64,000 nt of DNA, taken from positions 576,001 to 640,000 of the forward strand of contig CBDCWI010000002.1 of the NCBI GenBank assembly GCA_965223325.1, given 5' to 3'. The notes under the pieces are model-generated. The model was not told where the DNA came from and did no database searches. It saw only the letters and a program-made list of their open reading frames with translations. This DNA comes from Candidatus Multivoradales bacterium. Lineage in GTDB: Bacteria; Acidobacteriota; Thermoanaerobaculia; Multivoradales; Multivoraceae. Shown here piece after piece: positions 19,128 through 29,300 of the stretch; the first letter of the stretch is position 1; each line of letters begins with the position of its first letter. Position numbers and translations under genes: made by a program.

Positions 19128-20348
19128 CTACCTCTCGGTGATCACACGGTGGGCGCGCAGGCGCAAGGCGTTGAGACGGATAAAGCCCTGCGCATCCGTC
19201 TGGTCGTAGCCGCCCGCTACGTCCATTGACGACAACTCCTGGTTGTAGAGCGAGCTCGGCGAGCGCCGCCCGAGAATACGCACATTGCCCTTGTAGAGCT
19301 CGATCCCGACCGTGCCGTCGATGAGCTCCTCGGCCTTCGCGAACGCCGCGCGAATAAAGTCCATTTCGGGGCTGAACCAGAAACCGTTGTAGATCAACTC
19401 GGTGAATTTCGGCGACAGGCTGTCGCGGAGCCGCAGGACCTCGCGGTCCATCGCGATGCCTTCGAGATCGCGCAAGGCTGCATGCAAGACCGTCCCGGCA
19501 GGCGTTTCGTAGACCCCCCGCGACTTGATGCCAACGAAACGGTTCTCGACGATGTCGATACGGCCCACCCCGTGCTCGGCGGCCAGTTCGTTGAGCCGTA
19601 CGAAAAGCGCCAGAGGCTCGCGCTCTTCTCCGCCCGGCCAGTTCAACTGCACCGGCCGCGCGTCCCGGAAGCGAAGCTCGATCTCGACCGCCTCGTCGGG
19701 CGCATCGAAAGCCGAACGCGTCAGGTCGTACATCGAGTCCGGCGGCGTTTTCGCCGGGTCTTCGAGCATGCCCGCTTCATAGCTCTTGTGCATGAGGTTT
19801 TCATCCATGCTGTAGGGCTTCTCAGACGATGCCTCGATGGGGATTCCCTCCTTCTCGGCGTACTCCAACAAGTCGGTGCGGCCGCGAAAGCGAGCCAAGA
19901 ACTCGGAGTCTTTCCATGGCGCGATGACTTCGAGGTGAGGCCCCAGTGCCGCGTACGCGAGTTCGAAACGCACCTGGTCGTTGCCCTTGCCAGTGGCACC
20001 GTGCCCCACCGCAGTGGCTCCGTGTTCGATCGCACAGTCGACTTGCGCGCGCGCGATCAGCGGACGCGCCAGAGAGGTGCCTAGAAGGTAGCGGTTTTCA
20101 TATACCGCGTTGCCAGCCACCGCCGGAAAGATGAAGTCGGTGACGAACTCTCCCTTGAGGTCGGCAATGATCACATCGGAGGCGCCAATCGCCTCCGCGC
20201 GCCGCGCACCGACCTCGAAGTCTTCGTTCTGGCCTACATCGGCAATGAAGGCGATGACGTCGTAGCCCTTCTGCTGCAGAACGCGCAGAATGACCGAGGT
20301 GTCGAGGCCCCCGGAGTAGGCAAGTACCGCTTTCTTCTTGGTCGACAT
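19128..20348 (-). CDS. argG: Argininosuccinate synthase
   Basis: [38 protein letters not shown]. Confidence 0.97.
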   Translation of the reverse strand: MSTKKKAVLAYSGGLDTSVILRVLQQKGYDVIAFIADVGQNEDFEVGARRAEAIGASDVIIADLKGEFVTDFIFPAVAGNAVYENRYLLGTSLARPLIARAQVDCAIEHGATAVGHGATGKGNDQVRFELAYAALGPHLEVIAPWKDSEFLARFRGRTDLLEYAEKEGIPIEASSEKPYSMDENLMHKSYEAGMLEDPAKTPPDSMYDLTRSAFDAPDEAVEIELRFRDARPVQLNWPGGEEREPLALFVRLNELAAEHGVGRIDIVENRFVGIKSRGVYETPAGTVLHAALRDLEGIAMDREVLRLRDSLSPKFTELIYNGFWFSPEMDFIRAAFAKAEELIDGTVGIELYKGNVRILGRRSPSSLYNQELSSMDVAGGYDQTDAQGFIRLNALRLRAHRVITER

Positions 20349-20513
20349 CGGAAGCTTCCTTCCTGTTGGGTTCATCTTGTGTGAGATGGGGCCGGCGCAG
20401 TATCCCCCATCCGGCCCCGGATCGGAACCCTTCGAGCGTGCGCTTTGCCGCAAGTGGGCCCACGCCGTCAAACCCAGAGGGCGCGGGCCGGAGTCTTGGA
20501 AGACTGTGGGCTC

Positions 20514-21869
20514 CTAGAGCGCCTCCACCGCTCGCACCGTGCCGCGGAATCGAGTGCGAATGCGCAGCGCCAACAGGATCGCGACGATCGAAAGGCCAAC
20601 GGTCAGACCCCACCATAGGCCCTCCGGGCCCATCCCGCGCCGGAAGGTCAGCCACCAGCCCAACGGCAGGCCAATCACCCAGAAGCCGACGAACGCCAAG
20701 AGCGCCGGCACCCGGGTGTCCGCAAGACCACGCAGAACCCCCGACGCCACCGCTTGCACCCCATCGCCAAGTTGGAAGATGGCCGCGATCGGAATCAAGC
20801 CAGCCGCCAGAGCGATCACTTCGGGTTCGGTCGTATAGAGGCCGGCCAGGAGCTGAGGCAAGGTCGCAAAGAGCACTGCAAATGCCAGCATCACGGTCGA
20901 GCCCGAAGCCAGAGCAAGGCCGGCCGCCACTCGCGCCTCCCCAACCGCCTCTCGCCCGATCGCGTTACCCACCACGGTAGAAGCCGCCTGGCCGATGCCG
21001 AGGGGAACCATGAACGAAAGGCTCGCCAGGTTGATCGCGATCTGATGGGCCGCCATCGGCACCGCACCGAGGCTACCCATGATCAGAGCCACGACTGAAA
21101 ACACCAGGTACTCAATTCCGACATGAAGCGCGATGGGACAACCGATCACCAGGACCTGAACGAGTCCTCGCATGTGGACCGCGGCAAGCTGAAAACGCCT
21201 GGCGAGCGGAAACAGACGGCGGCGCCCGAAGAACAGCAACGAGACCACGAGCACCCATCGCGAAAGAGAGGTTGCCAGTGCCGAGCCACTCACACCGAGT
21301 GCCGGGAAGCCGAAGTAGCCGAAGACCAACGCGAGGTTCGCAAAGACGTTGAAGACGTTGGCGACCACGATCGCCTCGACCGCGGGGCGCACGACGCGCA
21401 TGCTCTGCAGGGTCGAGCGCAGTACTCCGTAGATGAGAAACGCCAGGTTGCCCGGAAGAAGCGCGATCAGGTACTGGCCCGCCGGGTTCAATAGCTCGTC
21501 GCTCTGGCCCAAGAGATCGAGGTTCGAGGCGAACCACAGCATCGAACCGGTCACGGGCACCGTGACCGCCAACGAGACCACGAGACCGCGCAGGAAGACG
21601 TTTGCGACCCGCTGCTCGTCGCCAGCACCCCAAGCCTGCGCGATCAGGGGATCGAGCGCCAACAACAACGCCATGCCGAGAATCAAATGCCCCATCGCGA
21701 CGACATGGCCGAGCGCCCCCGCCGCCAGTGCGACTTCTGAAACCCGACCGAGCATCATCACGTCGACCGTTCCGGTCAGCATGAGACCGAACTGAACGGC
21801 TGCGATCGGCGCTGCCAGCGAGAGCAAACTAGCCAACGGCGCACGCAGAGACTCCAGACCACGTTTCAC
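20514..21869 (-). CDS. MATE family efflux transporter
   Basis: About 12 TM segments, VDVMMLGR, GFPALGVSGSALAT, DGVQAVASGVLRG. Confidence 0.92.
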   Translation of the reverse strand: MKRGLESLRAPLASLLSLAAPIAAVQFGLMLTGTVDVMMLGRVSEVALAAGALGHVVAMGHLILGMALLLALDPLIAQAWGAGDEQRVANVFLRGLVVSLAVTVPVTGSMLWFASNLDLLGQSDELLNPAGQYLIALLPGNLAFLIYGVLRSTLQSMRVVRPAVEAIVVANVFNVFANLALVFGYFGFPALGVSGSALATSLSRWVLVVSLLFFGRRRLFPLARRFQLAAVHMRGLVQVLVIGCPIALHVGIEYLVFSVVALIMGSLGAVPMAAHQIAINLASLSFMVPLGIGQAASTVVGNAIGREAVGEARVAAGLALASGSTVMLAFAVLFATLPQLLAGLYTTEPEVIALAAGLIPIAAIFQLGDGVQAVASGVLRGLADTRVPALLAFVGFWVIGLPLGWWLTFRRGMGPEGLWWGLTVGLSIVAILLALRIRTRFRGTVRAVEAL

Positions 21870-22038
21870 TGCGCGACCTTACAGCCACCCACCGTCTGCA
21901 GTCGTTCTACGAGGAGTCAGCCGAGCGCCATCTGGCGTGCACCTGTTTCTCCAACGACTCGGTACCTGGCTGCCCGTCCGACCTCGGACCGGGACGGTAG
22001 GTCCATCGAGGCGCTTTCGTTCGCGCCACCACAGACTC

Positions 22039-23658
22039 CTAGTGCCCGAGCGCCGGCCCGGGACGGACCAACCGGAACTCGCCGCCGCGATGAGGCACCA
22101 CCGCGACCTCCAGAGCCTGATCCTCGACCGCTGAACCCTGTTGATGCGAATCGGGAACGGTTGGAACGGGCCGCGGCGACGGTGCAACGATGTAGGCACC
22201 TTCCGGTGGCGCCCGGTGATCCGAGAATGTTCGAACTGGATGGTCGAGGTAGTAGTAGAGCGACGAATGTTTTCCCGCGGCATCGGCCGGCGTGCGCACC
22301 CACACCGTCTCGCCGGGTGGAAGGTAGGAGCGCAGCACCTCTGCGTTGGCTGATTGCTCGCGCGAGCTGGCCCGCCGCGGAATGAGAACGAACGCCTGCG
22401 CCACCGCAAGAACCAGCGAGGTTGCCACCAGGAGCGTCGCCACCGACCGACCAGGTCTTCTGGGCACGGGAATCGCGAACGTCCCGAGGAGCCCACAAGC
22501 CAGAATCACTCCCGGCCACAGTGGAACCATCAACCAGACCGCCGCCGCCATGCCGGCGGCCGCCAGAACGAGCAGCAACCCGCGCAGGCCAACCATCGCC
22601 GCTCGTGGAACCGGTCGTTCGAGCAGCGCATCGAGCGACAGCGCCACCAGAATGGCGTGCGCCGTGACCAACGGCAGGTAGTAGCGGCTCTCGTTCGTTG
22701 GAACGAGCACAAAGGGAACGAGACCGGCACCGAGGAACGCAGCCGCCGCCCGCCCCATCCGCTGACGCACCTGGTCACCAGAGGCCACGGCTCCGCCAGC
22801 CAGCAGCAGACACACACTCCACGGAAGGAACGATGCCAGCACCACGAGTGGTTTGGCGAGCGTGATCGAAAAACTCGAAAGGTCCCATCCGCCAGATCGC
22901 ATCTGCGCCTCGCGCAGCGGATGCTCGAACACCGACCATCCGCCCACCAGATAGGCCTGGCGAAGGTAGACCCCGACAACCAGCGCGAACAGCGAGGCAG
23001 CCAACAGGTGTCGCCACGAAAAGAGCGCCGGAAGATTCCTGGTGAAGACTGCTGCCAGGATCAAACCTGGCGCGAAGGCCATCAACGCCGGCGTGCCTTT
23101 GGCGAGGAACCCCACCGACAGTCCCAGGTAGGCCAGCAACCAAAGCCCGAGGTGGGGCCTACGAGCCGCTAGATTGGCCGTCGCACAAACCACCGCTGTG
23201 CCCACCCCGAATGCCAAAGGCGTATCGAACTCGGCCACCCTCACCTTCTCGAGCAGAAGCGGCGTTCCCGTCACCGCCAGCGCCGCGAACAAACCAACCC
23301 GTGGGGTCACCCGCCGACCGAGGACGACGAAGACCACCAGACTGAGCGCCACCGCACAGAGTGCGAACGGCAGACGCAGGATCCACTCGTTGGCCGGCCC
23401 CGGGAGCGCCTGTGCGGCGGCCGACAGCCAGTACGCCAGGGCCGGCTTGTAGGTGTACATCTCACCGTAGACCTCCGGCACGACCCAGCTGCCTCCAGCG
23501 AGCATGGTGCGGCCGCCGTCGACCACCATGCCCTCCATCCCCATGACCCCGAAGCCTCCGAGGTTGGCGAGACAGGTCAGGGCAACGAACACACCCCACA
23601 CCACAAAGGCGGCGGGCCAGCGCTCGATCTCAACGGTCCAATGGCGGTCGGTCTTCAT
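22039..23658 (-). CDS. ArnT/PMT (GT-C) family membrane glycosyltransferase
   Basis: E....R.ML..G.W.VP, KPALAYW, RLP, GFLAKG, RYYLP; multiple TM segments. Confidence 0.85.
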   Translation of the reverse strand: MKTDRHWTVEIERWPAAFVVWGVFVALTCLANLGGFGVMGMEGMVVDGGRTMLAGGSWVVPEVYGEMYTYKPALAYWLSAAAQALPGPANEWILRLPFALCAVALSLVVFVVLGRRVTPRVGLFAALAVTGTPLLLEKVRVAEFDTPLAFGVGTAVVCATANLAARRPHLGLWLLAYLGLSVGFLAKGTPALMAFAPGLILAAVFTRNLPALFSWRHLLAASLFALVVGVYLRQAYLVGGWSVFEHPLREAQMRSGGWDLSSFSITLAKPLVVLASFLPWSVCLLLAGGAVASGDQVRQRMGRAAAAFLGAGLVPFVLVPTNESRYYLPLVTAHAILVALSLDALLERPVPRAAMVGLRGLLLVLAAAGMAAAVWLMVPLWPGVILACGLLGTFAIPVPRRPGRSVATLLVATSLVLAVAQAFVLIPRRASSREQSANAEVLRSYLPPGETVWVRTPADAAGKHSSLYYYLDHPVRTFSDHRAPPEGAYIVAPSPRPVPTVPDSHQQGSAVEDQALEVAVVPHRGGEFRLVRPGPALGH

Positions 23659-23747
23659 TCGGGGAGCAGCGGTCTAGTCTGGATCGCCCGGAACTCTACT
23701 GATTCCGAGCGCCTCACGGCAGCCCTGGGTGACGAACTCCCGCGCGA

Positions 23748-24836
23748 TCACGAGCAGGCGCTGAAGGCCTTGGTGTCGAGAACCGGCAGGAAGTCCTGGC
23801 CGACGGGTGACTCATAGACCTTCTCGTCCCCGGTCATCGTGTCGGTGACGGTAAGCGTCACACCGACGTTGGTCAAACCGCCAGCAAACACCCAGAACGA
23901 CTCCGACAGGTTGCAAGCATCGAGCACCTTGACCAGGAGCTCAGTGTTTCCGGGACTGAAGAACCAGAACTCGCCCGAATCGGCCGAGCCGAGAATCGCC
24001 TGACCGACACCGTCGTTGCCCTCGAAGTCGACGAAGTTCACCCGCACTGCAAAACGACCTCCGCCCAGACAATGGGTGGTGGCGCCGGCGCTACACGCTG
24101 GCAAGGTGAACTCTGTGAGTTCGAGCTCGTCGTCTTTGATGAGTCCGATTCCCGGCGCGAAGTACTTGTCGTTGATCGACTCCGGGTCGAGCGCATCGGT
24201 ATCTTCGGTGTTCAGCACGTTGGTGAAGGTCCCAGCCTCAACCGTCAAGGTGAGACCACGGCCGGTGATCTCAGAACGGTCAAGCGCTATGTCTGGCGCG
24301 ATCTCCTGAAAGAAGCGCGCCCCCAACATCGGATTGCCGGGCATCAGAACACCCGCCAGAGCGCCGTCTCTACCGGCTCGCCATTCACCCTCGTGCCCAA
24401 CGACCTCGCCGTCCTCGTAGTCATCGACGTCTTCGCCGAAGTACCAGACGTCACCGGTCTCGCGACAGTGGGCCATGAAATTCGTCGACACTTCGACCAG
24501 CTCGTCGTCTTCGTACTCCTCTTCGAGGAACACCCGAGTGCGCACCCCGTCGATGACCTCGGTTGCGTGCGTGACGGTGTGCCGAACGAAGACCTCGATG
24601 ATTTCGCCCTCGTCCTCCTCTTCTGCCTCGAGCTCGAGAACCAGACCGGGTGTCAGTGGAAAGAAGGGGTTGTTGCCCACCGAGCTGAAGGTGCACGCGT
24701 CGCGGTCGAAGTCTTCGGTGAAGTCTTGAGCGAGGAGCGGACTGGACAGCACTGAGAGCGAAAGAACGAGAACCGAGATGAGGCCGAGGAGCCCTGGCGT
24801 GGGAAAACCGGATAGCGGGCGGTGCTTACTTCTCAT
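23748..24836 (-). CDS. Secreted acidic protein with a lineage-typical C-terminal beta domain
   Basis: Signal peptide; NPFFPL, VWYFGE, APGIG; C-terminal CLGGGRF..FWFF..N.ELLVKVLDAC..FWVFAGGLTNV. Confidence 0.75.
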   Translation of the reverse strand: MRSKHRPLSGFPTPGLLGLISVLVLSLSVLSSPLLAQDFTEDFDRDACTFSSVGNNPFFPLTPGLVLELEAEEEDEGEIIEVFVRHTVTHATEVIDGVRTRVFLEEEYEDDELVEVSTNFMAHCRETGDVWYFGEDVDDYEDGEVVGHEGEWRAGRDGALAGVLMPGNPMLGARFFQEIAPDIALDRSEITGRGLTLTVEAGTFTNVLNTEDTDALDPESINDKYFAPGIGLIKDDELELTEFTLPACSAGATTHCLGGGRFAVRVNFVDFEGNDGVGQAILGSADSGEFWFFSPGNTELLVKVLDACNLSESFWVFAGGLTNVGVTLTVTDTMTGDEKVYESPVGQDFLPVLDTKAFSACS

Positions 24837-24931
24837 GAGGTGGTCCTCTCTGCACTCTCATCGAGCGCCGTAAGACGGCTCGTCGGACCACGGCCACGCA
24901 GAGGCGTGGCCGTGACCCCAGAGCTCAAGCG

Positions 24932-27565
24932 ATGGATTTCGCTGTTACTCTGGGGTGGATGCGCGATGACGCCGAATCCTTCGCGACGGGTGGTTCACTA
25001 CCTGGCCAACCGCTGCACTTTCGGCTCGCGGTGCTCATGGTGGCCCTCGCGACCCTCGCCGCCGCCTCGCCCGTCTGCGCGCAAAACGCCAGTGAACCTC
25101 GGTCACTCAGAAGCGCTCTCGAAGAACTGGCAGCCAACGGCCTGTCGGTCATCTTCACCGAAGCGCTCGTCCTCGAGCACATGCAGGTGACCGAGGAGCC
25201 CCAGACCGATGACCCGGTCGTCGTGTTGCAGGCGCTCCTGGCGCCCCATGGACTGGTCGCTCTCGAGCGCACCGAGGGGCTTTGGGTCGTCGCTCGCGCA
25301 ACCGGCGCACGCCTCAGCCAGGGAATCGCCGGCAGGGTGCTGGCTCGACACTCACAAGAACCCGTCGCTGGGGTCTCGCTCTCTGCCCGGAACCTGAGCG
25401 GCAACGCTTCTCACCAAACGACCAGTCGCGGCGACGGTCACTTCGCGTTGCCGGACCTTCCGGCGGGAAGCTACTCGTTGGTGTTCGAACGAACCGGCTT
25501 CTTGCCCGAGACCTTGGCAAGGCTCGACGTGCGCGAGGAAGGCACACCGCTGGTCACCGCCTGGATGACCGCTGCACCATACCTGCACGAAGAAATCGTC
25601 GTGCGCTCTGGCAACATCACCTTGATCGGCGCCAATCCCGCGTCGCCTCTTTCGCTGAGTCGTGATCAGATCGAAGCACTCCCCCACCTCGGCAACGACG
25701 TCTTTCGGACGCTCGAGCTGTTCCCTGGCGTCACCAGCAACGACATCAGCGCCAGGTTCAACGTGCATGGCGGGCGACCGGACGAGGTCAAGGTCCTTCT
25801 GGATGGCCAGGAACTCTACAACGCCTTCCACCTCGAGGACTGGGGTGGCGCGCTGTCGCAAGTGGACGCCGGTGAGCTCGGCAATGCCGCCCTCACGACC
25901 GGTGGGTTCGCCGCCGAACATGGCGACCGCATGGGCGCGGTGCTCGACCTTCGCACCCGCGGCGCCTCCGGGCCTCTTCGAGGCCGCCTGAACGCCTCGC
26001 TGCTCTCCATTGCGCTCTCGGGTGCCGGCCCGATCGCGCGCGAACGGGGAGGTTGGTTGGCCTCGGCCCGGCGCGGGTCGCTCGACCTTGCGGGCCGCCT
26101 CTACGGAGACGAGAGGCCGGAGTTCTGGGATGGGTTCGCAAAGCTCGAGTGGATACCGACAAGTCGAGAGCGCCTCCGTGCCCATAGCCTGACCGCCCGC
26201 AACCAGCTGCGTTTCACCGAGCAGGTCCTTGGCGACGACTTCATCGAGGAGTCCAACTTCGCAACCAACTACAACAACGCGGTTCACTGGCTGAGCCATC
26301 AGGTGGCAGTCGGCTACCACTCGCTGGCCACCACCCGTGTCTCGTGGTCTGAGGCGAGCCGCAATCGACTCGGCCTCGAGAACGAAGAGGACCAGAGCTT
26401 CATGGTCGACGATCGTCGAGACAGCTCCGTCATTGACCTGTCCCATGGCTGGATCTTTCAACTCAGCCCTCGGCGGAGTCTCGAGGCGGGTCTCCAGGCA
26501 CGGAGGTTCGACGCGGAGTTCGACTACTTCAACCGCTCCGATCAAGAGCTCGGCGTCGCTGCTCCGGGAAGCGCTGCGAGCACCTCGGACCGCGTACAAA
26601 CCAGCCACCGAAGCGACCACTTCGGCAGCTACGTCACCGGTCGCTTCGCTCCCGACCCACTCACGATCGAGGTCGGCCTACGCTACGACCGCCACACCTT
26701 GACCGATGACACGCTCCTGAGCCCGCGTTTCAACCTGGCCTGGCGAGTAGCCCCGAGAACCGTCGCACGGCTTCATTGGGGTCTCTTTCATCAAAGCCAG
26801 AGGCCCTACGAACTGCAGGTCGAAGACGGCGTTTCCACCTTCTTTCCCGCCGAGCGTTCGGAACACCGGACACTCAGCTTCGAACAGCAGGTGAACCGAA
26901 AAGCCAGCGCACTCCTCCGCACCGTGCGCGTCGAGCTCTACCGTCGCGAGGTCGACAACCCACGGCCTGAGTGGCGCAACATCTACGAACCCTTCAACAC
27001 CTTCCCCGAGGTCGAGCGCGATCGGACGTTCCTGGCGCCCGACTACCGCCTCGCCGAAGGCGTCGAGTTGTCGCTTCGCGGCGGCGGGCACAGGAACGTG
27101 GGCTGGTGGCTGAACTACACGCACGGGACGTCTGAAGATCACCGTGGGTCGGAGCGTCTCCCGCGCCCGCAGAGCGAACCCGACAGCGCCGCTTTCGGCC
27201 TCAATCTCATCTTGCCGCGGCACTTCCAACTCAACCTCGCCTGGCGGTACCACACCGGCTGGCCCACGACTCCTGCCAGCCTCGCCTTCAGGCCCGACGA
27301 AGACGGCGAACCTACGCCTATTCTGATCGCGGGCTCGCTCTACGCCGACCGCCTGCCCGACTACCATCGATTGGACATCCGTCTCAGTCGGCGCTGGCAG
27401 TTTTCGTCGTCGCAACTGCGCATCTTTCTCGACCTGCAGAACGCCTACGATCGCGACAACATCGCCGGCTTCGACTTCGAGGTCACGGACGATGGGTTGT
27501 TGGAACGCCATCCGGAGGAATGGGCGGGGATCTTTCCGTCGCTAGGGATCGATTTCCGGTGGTAA
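24932..27565 (+). CDS. TonB-dependent receptor with N-terminal signalling-type extension and carboxypeptidase-like domain
   Basis: Plug (FPGV, NVHGG, LDG), GLRYD, SPRFN, RLD, C-terminal aromatic residues (DFRW); true start may be downstream. Confidence 0.88.
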   Translation: MDFAVTLGWMRDDAESFATGGSLPGQPLHFRLAVLMVALATLAAASPVCAQNASEPRSLRSALEELAANGLSVIFTEALVLEHMQVTEEPQTDDPVVVLQALLAPHGLVALERTEGLWVVARATGARLSQGIAGRVLARHSQEPVAGVSLSARNLSGNASHQTTSRGDGHFALPDLPAGSYSLVFERTGFLPETLARLDVREEGTPLVTAWMTAAPYLHEEIVVRSGNITLIGANPASPLSLSRDQIEALPHLGNDVFRTLELFPGVTSNDISARFNVHGGRPDEVKVLLDGQELYNAFHLEDWGGALSQVDAGELGNAALTTGGFAAEHGDRMGAVLDLRTRGASGPLRGRLNASLLSIALSGAGPIARERGGWLASARRGSLDLAGRLYGDERPEFWDGFAKLEWIPTSRERLRAHSLTARNQLRFTEQVLGDDFIEESNFATNYNNAVHWLSHQVAVGYHSLATTRVSWSEASRNRLGLENEEDQSFMVDDRRDSSVIDLSHGWIFQLSPRRSLEAGLQARRFDAEFDYFNRSDQELGVAAPGSAASTSDRVQTSHRSDHFGSYVTGRFAPDPLTIEVGLRYDRHTLTDDTLLSPRFNLAWRVAPRTVARLHWGLFHQSQRPYELQVEDGVSTFFPAERSEHRTLSFEQQVNRKASALLRTVRVELYRREVDNPRPEWRNIYEPFNTFPEVERDRTFLAPDYRLAEGVELSLRGGGHRNVGWWLNYTHGTSEDHRGSERLPRPQSEPDSAAFGLNLILPRHFQLNLAWRYHTGWPTTPASLAFRPDEDGEPTPILIAGSLYADRLPDYHRLDIRLSRRWQFSSSQLRIFLDLQNAYDRDNIAGFDFEVTDDGLLERHPEEWAGIFPSLGIDFRW

Positions 27566-28156
27566 CGATCGCCGTGGTTTGACGGCCTCTTTAGGGCGAC
27601 GGTGGGTTCGGGTGGCGGTGCTGTTGGAGCGGCTGACTCGTGAGTGCGGCAGGTCGTTACCACGGCGATCGTTACCCGTCACTTTTGCGGCGCAAGCGCT
27701 CCGACGGGCGGGCTGTGTGCGGGGGCGCTCGCCCTGCACTTGCGATCTCGGACTACGGCGGCCCGGCGCGCGCCGCGGATTCTTACCCTCTCGAAACCTC
27801 TTCCCGGAAGTCCTTCTCAGAGCTCCCTGGCTGGATGACCGCCAGATCGCTACCGGTCGCCCTGCACTTGCGATCTCGGACTGCGGTGGCACGGCGCGCG
27901 CCGCGGATTCTTGCCCTCTCGAAACCTCTTCCCGGAAGTCCTTTTCAGAGCTCCCTGGTTGGATGACCGCCAGATCGCTACCGGTCGCCCTGCACTTGCG
28001 ATCTCGGACTGCGGTGGCACGGCGCGCGCCGCGGATTCTTGCCCTCTCGAAACCTCTTCCCGGAAGTCCTTTTCAGAACTCCCTGGCTGGATGACCGCCA
28101 GATCGCTACCGGTCACGCCCGCGCAGCAAGCGCTCCGACGCGCGGCTGTGTGCGCC
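27561..28156 (-). repeat. Second REP/BIME-like mosaic: 18-bp inverted repeat pair plus three 128-bp tandem units
   Basis: IR GGTAACGATCGCCGTGGT 27561-27578 / 27659-27676; units start at 27729, 27857 and 27985; shares a ~58-bp core and the junction motif with the 16.4-19.1 kb array in reverse orientation. Confidence 0.92.
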
Positions 28157-28169
28157 GGCCGGCCGGCGC

Positions 28170-29300
28170 TCAGCCTCTCGCGCTGACGCGCAGCACCTTT
28201 GCGTCGGCTGAGACTTCCAGGTCGGAGGCCAGGGCTACGGATCGCAGGGCCTCCTCGAGGTTGCTGATGGCGAGGGGCGATCCCGACATGCGGCTTGCGA
28301 GTTGGTCGGCGACCGAGGCCGCTTCGACCAGCTCGAGACCGTGCTCGCGGGCGATGGCCGCTAGTACTTGACGGATCTCACGCCCGTCGACCGGTAGCTT
28401 GGGCGCCGCCGCGGCAACCCACTGCCAGGTGGTACCGAATGGGTCGACGGAGCGCCGTTGTGGCGGGCCGTCGACCGCGTAGCGCAGTTCTTCACCCGCC
28501 AGGACGACCAGGGTGGCAACGGCATCGTCGTCTGCGGCTGCGGGCGCTAGATCGACCCGGCCCTCGCGTACGCGGATACGCAGTGCACCGCTGTCCCCTT
28601 CCTTCGCCTCCTCTTCATTGGCCTCGAGCAAACGTACTTCGAACTGCGTTCCGATATCGCGCGCCTCACCGTAAACAGTCACGACGCGCAGGTGCGCGGA
28701 GGTATCGCCGTCTGAGCCGGAGTCGACGTAGACCGCCCCACGGCTGAGCGAGACGGTCGCCCGGCTGGTGATCTCGAGTTGACTGTTTTGATCCAGGCGC
28801 ACGGTCAACCCGTCGGCGAGTTCGGCAGTGGCGAAACTCTGCGGTCCGGTGACAAGAGACGCACCGGCAACAACTGGCACTCCCTCGTCGAGGGACCCCA
28901 GGGCGGGATCTGACCAGGCAGCCTGGCCGCCAACGCGAAGCACTGAGCCCAACACCTCGACCGGAACCTCTGCAATCACGCCGGCTGGTGGGGGCCCATC
29001 GGGCGACGGCCGGTTGACGAGCCAGGCCAGGCCGAGTACGAGGAGTGCCAGAACGGCGGCAAGCAGCCATGGCGCCGGCCTCTCGGCCTCGAATTCGGGC
29101 GTTTCTGCCGGTTGCGCTCCCCATCTCTTCTGCCACTCTGCATGTGCCGCCTTGCGCAACTGGGCGGTCGTTTCTGGAGGGGGATCCGGGCGCGGACCCG
29201 CTGCACCCAACAGCGCGCGGAGTTCCCTCTCCTGCTCGCTGTCGTCGCGCGCCTGGCTGGCGCGCCTTCGATCTTTGCCGTCGCTCATCGCCTGGGTCAA
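28170..29300 (-). CDS. FecR-family anti-sigma/sensor
   Basis: Single TM segment, then LADG.TVRLDQNS, L.RGAVYVD, DIGTQFEV, VREGRV. Confidence 0.88.
   Translation of the reverse strand: MTQAMSDGKDRRRASQARDDSEQERELRALLGAAGPRPDPPPETTAQLRKAAHAEWQKRWGAQPAETPEFEAERPAPWLLAAVLALLVLGLAWLVNRPSPDGPPPAGVIAEVPVEVLGSVLRVGGQAAWSDPALGSLDEGVPVVAGASLVTGPQSFATAELADGLTVRLDQNSQLEITSRATVSLSRGAVYVDSGSDGDTSAHLRVVTVYGEARDIGTQFEVRLLEANEEEAKEGDSGALRIRVREGRVDLAPAAADDDAVATLVVLAGEELRYAVDGPPQRRSVDPFGTTWQWVAAAAPKLPVDGREIRQVLAAIAREHGLELVEAASVADQLASRMSGSPLAISNLEEALRSVALASDLEVSADAKVLRVSARG

Larger units (their letters stand above)
16407..19133. repeat. Tandem array of ~240-bp REP/BIME-like units (3 full plus 1 partial) bounded by a 19-bp inverted repeat and interrupted by the intron
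   Basis: Units start GGTAGCGAGGGGCGTGGT at 16408, 16647, 18797 and 19037; array ends with ACCACGCCCCTCGCTACCT at 19115-19133; units are near-identical. Confidence 0.95.

Noticed and set aside
16407-19133. CRISPR array with an RT (RT-Cas-like system)
   Set aside because: Units are 240-bp near-identical tandem copies with no unique spacers, there are no cas genes, and the RT lies within intron domains I-VI
18743-19141. 80-aa repeat protein encoded by the 240-bp unit, and similar ORFs at 27579-28186
   Set aside because: Unit 1 has a 1-bp deletion and the sister array has a 128-bp period, so frame is not conserved; open frames are expected at this GC content
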